From the NCBI RefSeq assembly GCF_009914755.1, contig NC_060928.1: 64,000 bases of DNA; one strand, written 5' to 3'. This document shows, piece after piece, positions 59,323 to 64,000 of this stretch; the first letter of the stretch is position 1, and each line of letters begins with the position of its first letter. The notes under the pieces were generated by a model that worked only from the letters and a program-made list of their open reading frames with translations, was not told the DNA's origin and ran no database searches. Made by a program: the position numbers and the translations under genes. This DNA is from the human T2T-CHM13v2.0 reference genome, Homo sapiens.

Positions 59323-60648
59323 CCACTTAGCAGTGGAAAACTTCTCAATAGGGTATTTGAACTGAAATGGGTCCTTTAAAGAAAACAGTAGGCTACAGTC
59401 TGTTGAATACTTAAACATTAATGGCTGTAGAAACTAGCCTACGTAGTACTTATTTTTCAGTCTCTGTAAGGTGTGAAGAAAATGGTTGGGTTTTCTTTAT
59501 TTCAAAGGACAACATTCTTGGATGTAAAAGGAAAATGAGCTTTTGAAAAACATGTTACAAAAGAAAATCTTGAAATGTTTCTATTGCTGTTTGGGCTTGA
59601 GAGTGAGGAAGGATATCAGCAAGTCTCAAGTCTTACTGGAAATCACCTGGAGGAGCTGCAGAAAAAAAACTGAACAGATTTTCCTTCACTTGAACACAAG
59701 TGTAGAACTGGAAAAGGGATCCTGTTTCTGAATGTTCTGACTGTGAAAATTTGACTTGAGAAAAAAGGAAAAAGATCTGCAGTTTTATCATACATTAAAG
59801 ATGAGTTTTACTAATCTTTCCCAGACAAGATGTAGATTTCTATGAAGAAAAGATTATCCTGCTACTCACAGAAAAACAGTGAACATTATGCTGCAGCAAT
59901 TTCTCGCACATATGAACAATCTTTTTTTATTCAGCAAACAAGAATAAGCTCAGAAATAGTCTTATTTCAGTTGAAAATGAAATTAACATGATTTGCTTAT
60001 CTCATGCTTGACCTGGAATTGATATGTGCAGTAAGAAACAAGGACAAAAAACAAATATAATTTTTACATTAAAGAGGTAAATTCACATTAAAGAGATAAA
60101 TATAATTTTATTTAAAATTCAAAAATAATAATTTTATGCATATATCAGCCTATACAAGAAGTAATCTAACTAGCAGGCATACAATTGAGCCTGACCATAT
60201 CACCGAGTAAAGTTTTTCAAAATCTGGTTTAAAATTGTGTCTAAATTATACTTTTATTCATATTGCTTTGGCTTATGGTTTTAGCAGCTTTACTATTCAA
60301 CACTGTCAATTAATTTTCATTTCGTAAACATCATTAATTAAAATCAATTTATAATCTTTATTAAATTAAATCTGCTGAGCCTAAGAAAAATGAAGTGCCA
60401 TTTTGGCTTATGCTAGTTACTTAAGCAAAATGTATTACATTTCTTATAAGTTTATAAAATTTATAAAAAGATTAATTTCAGGAAAAGTGAAGCTTAATTA
60501 CCACGGGGTTGAATTTTCCCCCAAGAAAAAGTGATTTAAACATCATTTTCAGTTTTAAGAATGGGGTGAAAATTACTCTTGTGTATACCACATCACTTTT
60601 GGATCTCACATAATAGAAATGTGTGGTAAGGCCCACTAGGATAAGGTA

Positions 60649-60652
<4 letters not shown>

Positions 60653-60700
<48 letters not shown>
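60653..60700. repeat. (CA)24 microsatellite
   Basis: Direct observation. Confidence 0.97.
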
Positions 60701-60704
<4 letters not shown>

Positions 60705-60822
60705 GGCAAAGTCTTAAAAAAAATGGAGTTTATCTGCCTTCTGTAACGACTTTCACTGGGGCTGCTATCCTTTGTGAGTTGAAGAAACCACACACACAGA
60801 GGAGGAGGTTAATGATTTCACC

Positions 60823-63293
60823 AATACTTACACCTCAGAAAACTGCAGGTTCAATTCCAGACCACTGCAATAAAGGTAATATTGCAATACAGCAGGTCAC
60901 AAAAAATGTTTTGGTTTCCCAGTGCAATAAAAGTTATATTTACACTACTATTAAGTGTGTAATAGCATTATGTGTAAAAAAAATGTACATACCTTAATTT
61001 AAAAGGACTATACTGCTTAAAAAAATGCTAATGATCAACTGAGACTTCAGTGAGTCCAATTTTTTTGCCGGTGGGGGGTCTTATCTTGATATTGATGGCT
61101 GCTGACTAATCAGTATGGCTGTGGCAATTTCTTAAAATAAGACAACAATAAAGTTAGCCACATCAATTGACTCTTCCTTTCATGAAAGACACTAGGCTAT
61201 GTGACAGCATTTTACCTAACTGTAGATCTTCTTTCAAGATTGGAGGCAATCCTCCCAAACCACCGCTGCTTTATCAATTTGTCAACTAATTTTATGTAAT
61301 ATTCTAAGTCCTTTGTTGATATTTCAACAATTTTCAAAGCCTCTTCACTAGGAGTAGGTTCCATCTCAAGAAACAGCTTTCTTTGCTCATCAATAAAAAG
61401 CAACACCTCAGCCATTCAAATTTTATCTTGAGATTTCAGCAATTGTCACGCTGTGTCAAGTTCTACTTCTACTTCTCTTGCTATTTCTACCACAACTGCA
61501 GTGACTTCCTCCACTGTAGTCTTGAGCCCTTCAAAGTTGCCCATGGGGGTAGAATCAATTTCTTCCCAACTCTTATTAATGCTGATATTTTGACCCCCTC
61601 CCATAAATCACGAATGTTCTCAATGGTACTTAGAATGGTGAATCCTTCCCAGAAGGTTTTTGGTTTACTTTGCCCAGATTCATCACAGGAATCACTGCGG
61701 CAGCTACAGCCTTAAGAAATATATTTTTTAAATAATAAAACTTGAAAGTAGAAATGACTCCTTGATCCACGGGCTACACAATAGATGTTATTATGTTTAT
61801 CAAGCATGAAAAAATAGGAATCTCCTTGTACATCTCCATCAGAGTTCTTGGGTTACCAGGTGCATTGTCAGTGAGCAGTAATATTTTGAAAGGAATCTTT
61901 CACTGAGAGCAGTAGGACTCAAGAGTGGGCTTAACATATCTAGCAAACTGTGCTGTCATCCAGGCTCTGTTCCATTTACAGAGCATGGGCAGAGTAGATT
62001 TAGCATAATTCTTAGGACCCTGTGATTTTCGGAATGACCAATGAGCACTGGCTTCCACTTGAGGTCACCAGCAGCATTAGCCCCTAACAAGAGAGTCAGC
62101 CTGTCCTTTGATGTTTTGAAGCCAGGTACTGACTTCCCCTATCCAGCTAGAAAAGTCTTAGATGGCATCTTCCAATAGAGTGCTGTTTCATCTACATTGA
62201 AAATCTTTTAGGGTAGCCACCTTCATCAGTGATCTTAGCTAGACATTCTAGATAACATGCTGCAGCAGCTTCTCCATCAGCACTTGCTACTTTACCTTGT
62301 ACTTACATGTTATCGAGACAGCTTATTTCCTTAAACCTCAGGAACCAAACTGCTAGCTTCCAACTTTTCTTCTGAAGCTTCCTCCCCTCTTACCCTTCAT
62401 AGAATTGAAGTAAGTTCGGGCCTTGCTCTGGATTAGGCTTTTGTTTAAGGGAATGTTATGGTTGATTTGATCTTCTATCCAGACACTAAAACTTTCTCCA
62501 TATCAGCAATAAGGCTGTTTTGCTTATAATTCATGTGTTCACCAGAGTAGCACTTTTAATTTCCTTCAAGAACTTTTCAGCTGGGTGTAGTGGCTCATGC
62601 TTATAATCCCAGCACTTGAGGAAGCCGAGGTGGGAGGACTGCTTGAGGTCAGGAGTTCAAGAACAGCCTGATCAACATAGCGAGACCCTGTCTCTACTTT
62701 TTAAACATACGAAAAAGTGAAAAAAAGAAAGGAACTTTTCCTCTGTACTCACAACTTGGATGTTTGGCACAAAAGGCCTAGCTTTTGCCCTGTCTCTGCT
62801 TTCAACATGCCTTCTTCACTAATCATTTCTAGCTTTTGATTTAAAATGAGAGACATGCAACTCTTCTTTTCACTTGAACACTTAGAAGCCACTGTAGGGT
62901 TATTAATTGGCAAAATTTCAATGTTGTGTCTCAGGGAATAAAAAGGCCTGAGAAAAGAGAGATGGGAACAGCTGGTTGGTGGAGTGGTCAGAATACATAC
63001 AACATTTATTAAGTTTGCCATCTTTTATTCTTCTATGGGTGTGGTTCATGGCATCCCCAAACAATTATGATAGTAACATAAAAGAGATCGCTGATCATAG
63101 ATAACCATAATAGGTATAATAATAATGAAAAAGATTGAAATATTGCCAGAATTACCAAAATGGGACACAGAGACACACAGTGAGCTGCTGGAAAATGGCA
63201 CCAAGAGACTTGCTCAACACAGGATTGCTCCAACCCTTCAATTTGTTTAAAAAAAAAATCAGAAGCAAAGTGCAATAAACCATGGTGTGCCTA
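60823..63293 (-). mobile_element. Near-full-length Tigger1 DNA transposon with a broken transposase
   Basis: Minus-strand translation ASKCSSEKKSCMSLILNQKLEMISEEGMLKAETGQKLGLL matches the Tigger1 transposase N-terminus; C-terminal remnant EISTKDLEYYIKLVDK..SNLERRSTVR; span about 2.4 kb. Confidence 0.9.
62579..62730 (+). mobile_element. FLAM_C-like Alu monomer nested in Tigger1
   Basis: agctgggtgtagtggctcatgc...agcgagaccctgtctctac; TSD gaacttttc. Confidence 0.85.
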
Positions 63294-64000
63294 TATAGTA
63301 AAAGTGATAACCTGATGCTTTATAATCTGAGTTCTTCTAGCCTCTTGAAATCAGAAGAAATTCAGAAAAACTCAGTGAATTCTTTATGAATTCAACTGAA
63401 TTACCAGTTGCACACTGGTAGTGGAATAGTGAAGAGGTATGTAAAAAGTAAATTAACTGGCTTCAAGATATGTGTTGTATTCCCAAATCTGTTGAGTTTC
63501 CCAAATTTATAAGCCATTATGTAGTTGTAAGCGCAGTAAGTCTGAGTATTGTACTGAAGAGTTTCTATTAGAATCATTAAGACAGACATCAGGCATTTTA
63601 AGACACTTTGTCAAACTCTCTGTCTCTTTCTGCTTTGAGATGACACTATGACAATTTAGAATGAAAATGATTGCTGAAGATAATCCAGATGACACTAGAC
63701 TATTACTGATGAAGCTCTAGGGGAGTTTATATTAGATTAGCAAATCTATAATCTTTTTTAAAAAACTACTTCCTTTAGAGTAAAATAAAATACAGATACA
63801 GAAAACTATACAAAAACTTTATACCTTAGCATATTAAGAGAATACATTCTTGTGACCACCACACAGCAATTTGCCAGCGAGCCCAGAAGCTCCTCCAAGT
63901 GCTGATTCAGTCATAGCCCCTTCCCTTCCTCTAAGTAACTCACTTCTTTTAAATTATTCTTAATTACATCCTGTATTTATCACTTTATCAGCTAAGTAAG

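Noticed and set aside
60823-63293. Domesticated Tigger transposase gene
   Set aside because: Reading frame broken into short pieces and interrupted by an Alu monomer.

Overview
Human (primate) AT-rich, repeat-laden genomic DNA lying almost entirely within introns of the tumour-suppressor gene FBXW7, transcribed on the minus strand. Three exons are recognisable: a 50-nt 5'-UTR exon (53633-53682), the 570-nt exon carrying the FBXW7-alpha-specific N-terminus (52456-53025; CDS 52456-52956, 167 aa) and the FBXW7-gamma-specific first coding exon (CDS 23338-23484, 49 aa). The beta exon and the shared F-box/WD40 exons are not in the window. The rest is Alu, L1, L2, MIR, MaLR/ERVL LTR and DNA-transposon relics (MER58, MER5A, MER1B, MER82, near-full-length Tigger1). 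Main points of interest: (i) back-splicing of the 50-nt and 570-nt exons gives a 620-nt circle with a 185-aa ORF (the described circFBXW7/FBXW7-185aa), and its 18-aa tail comes mostly from an exonised antisense L1 ORF2 fragment; (ii) an intronic-polyadenylation 176-aa variant, an open in-frame 5' extension, an Arg/Lys-rich alternative-frame ORF and AUG-stop elements in both alpha and gamma leaders; (iii) three short (30-69 bp) sequences copied 1.0-1.5 kb away, which look like fossil templated-insertion repair events. No prokaryote-type system is present. Repeat boundaries and subfamily calls were made by eye and are approximate.
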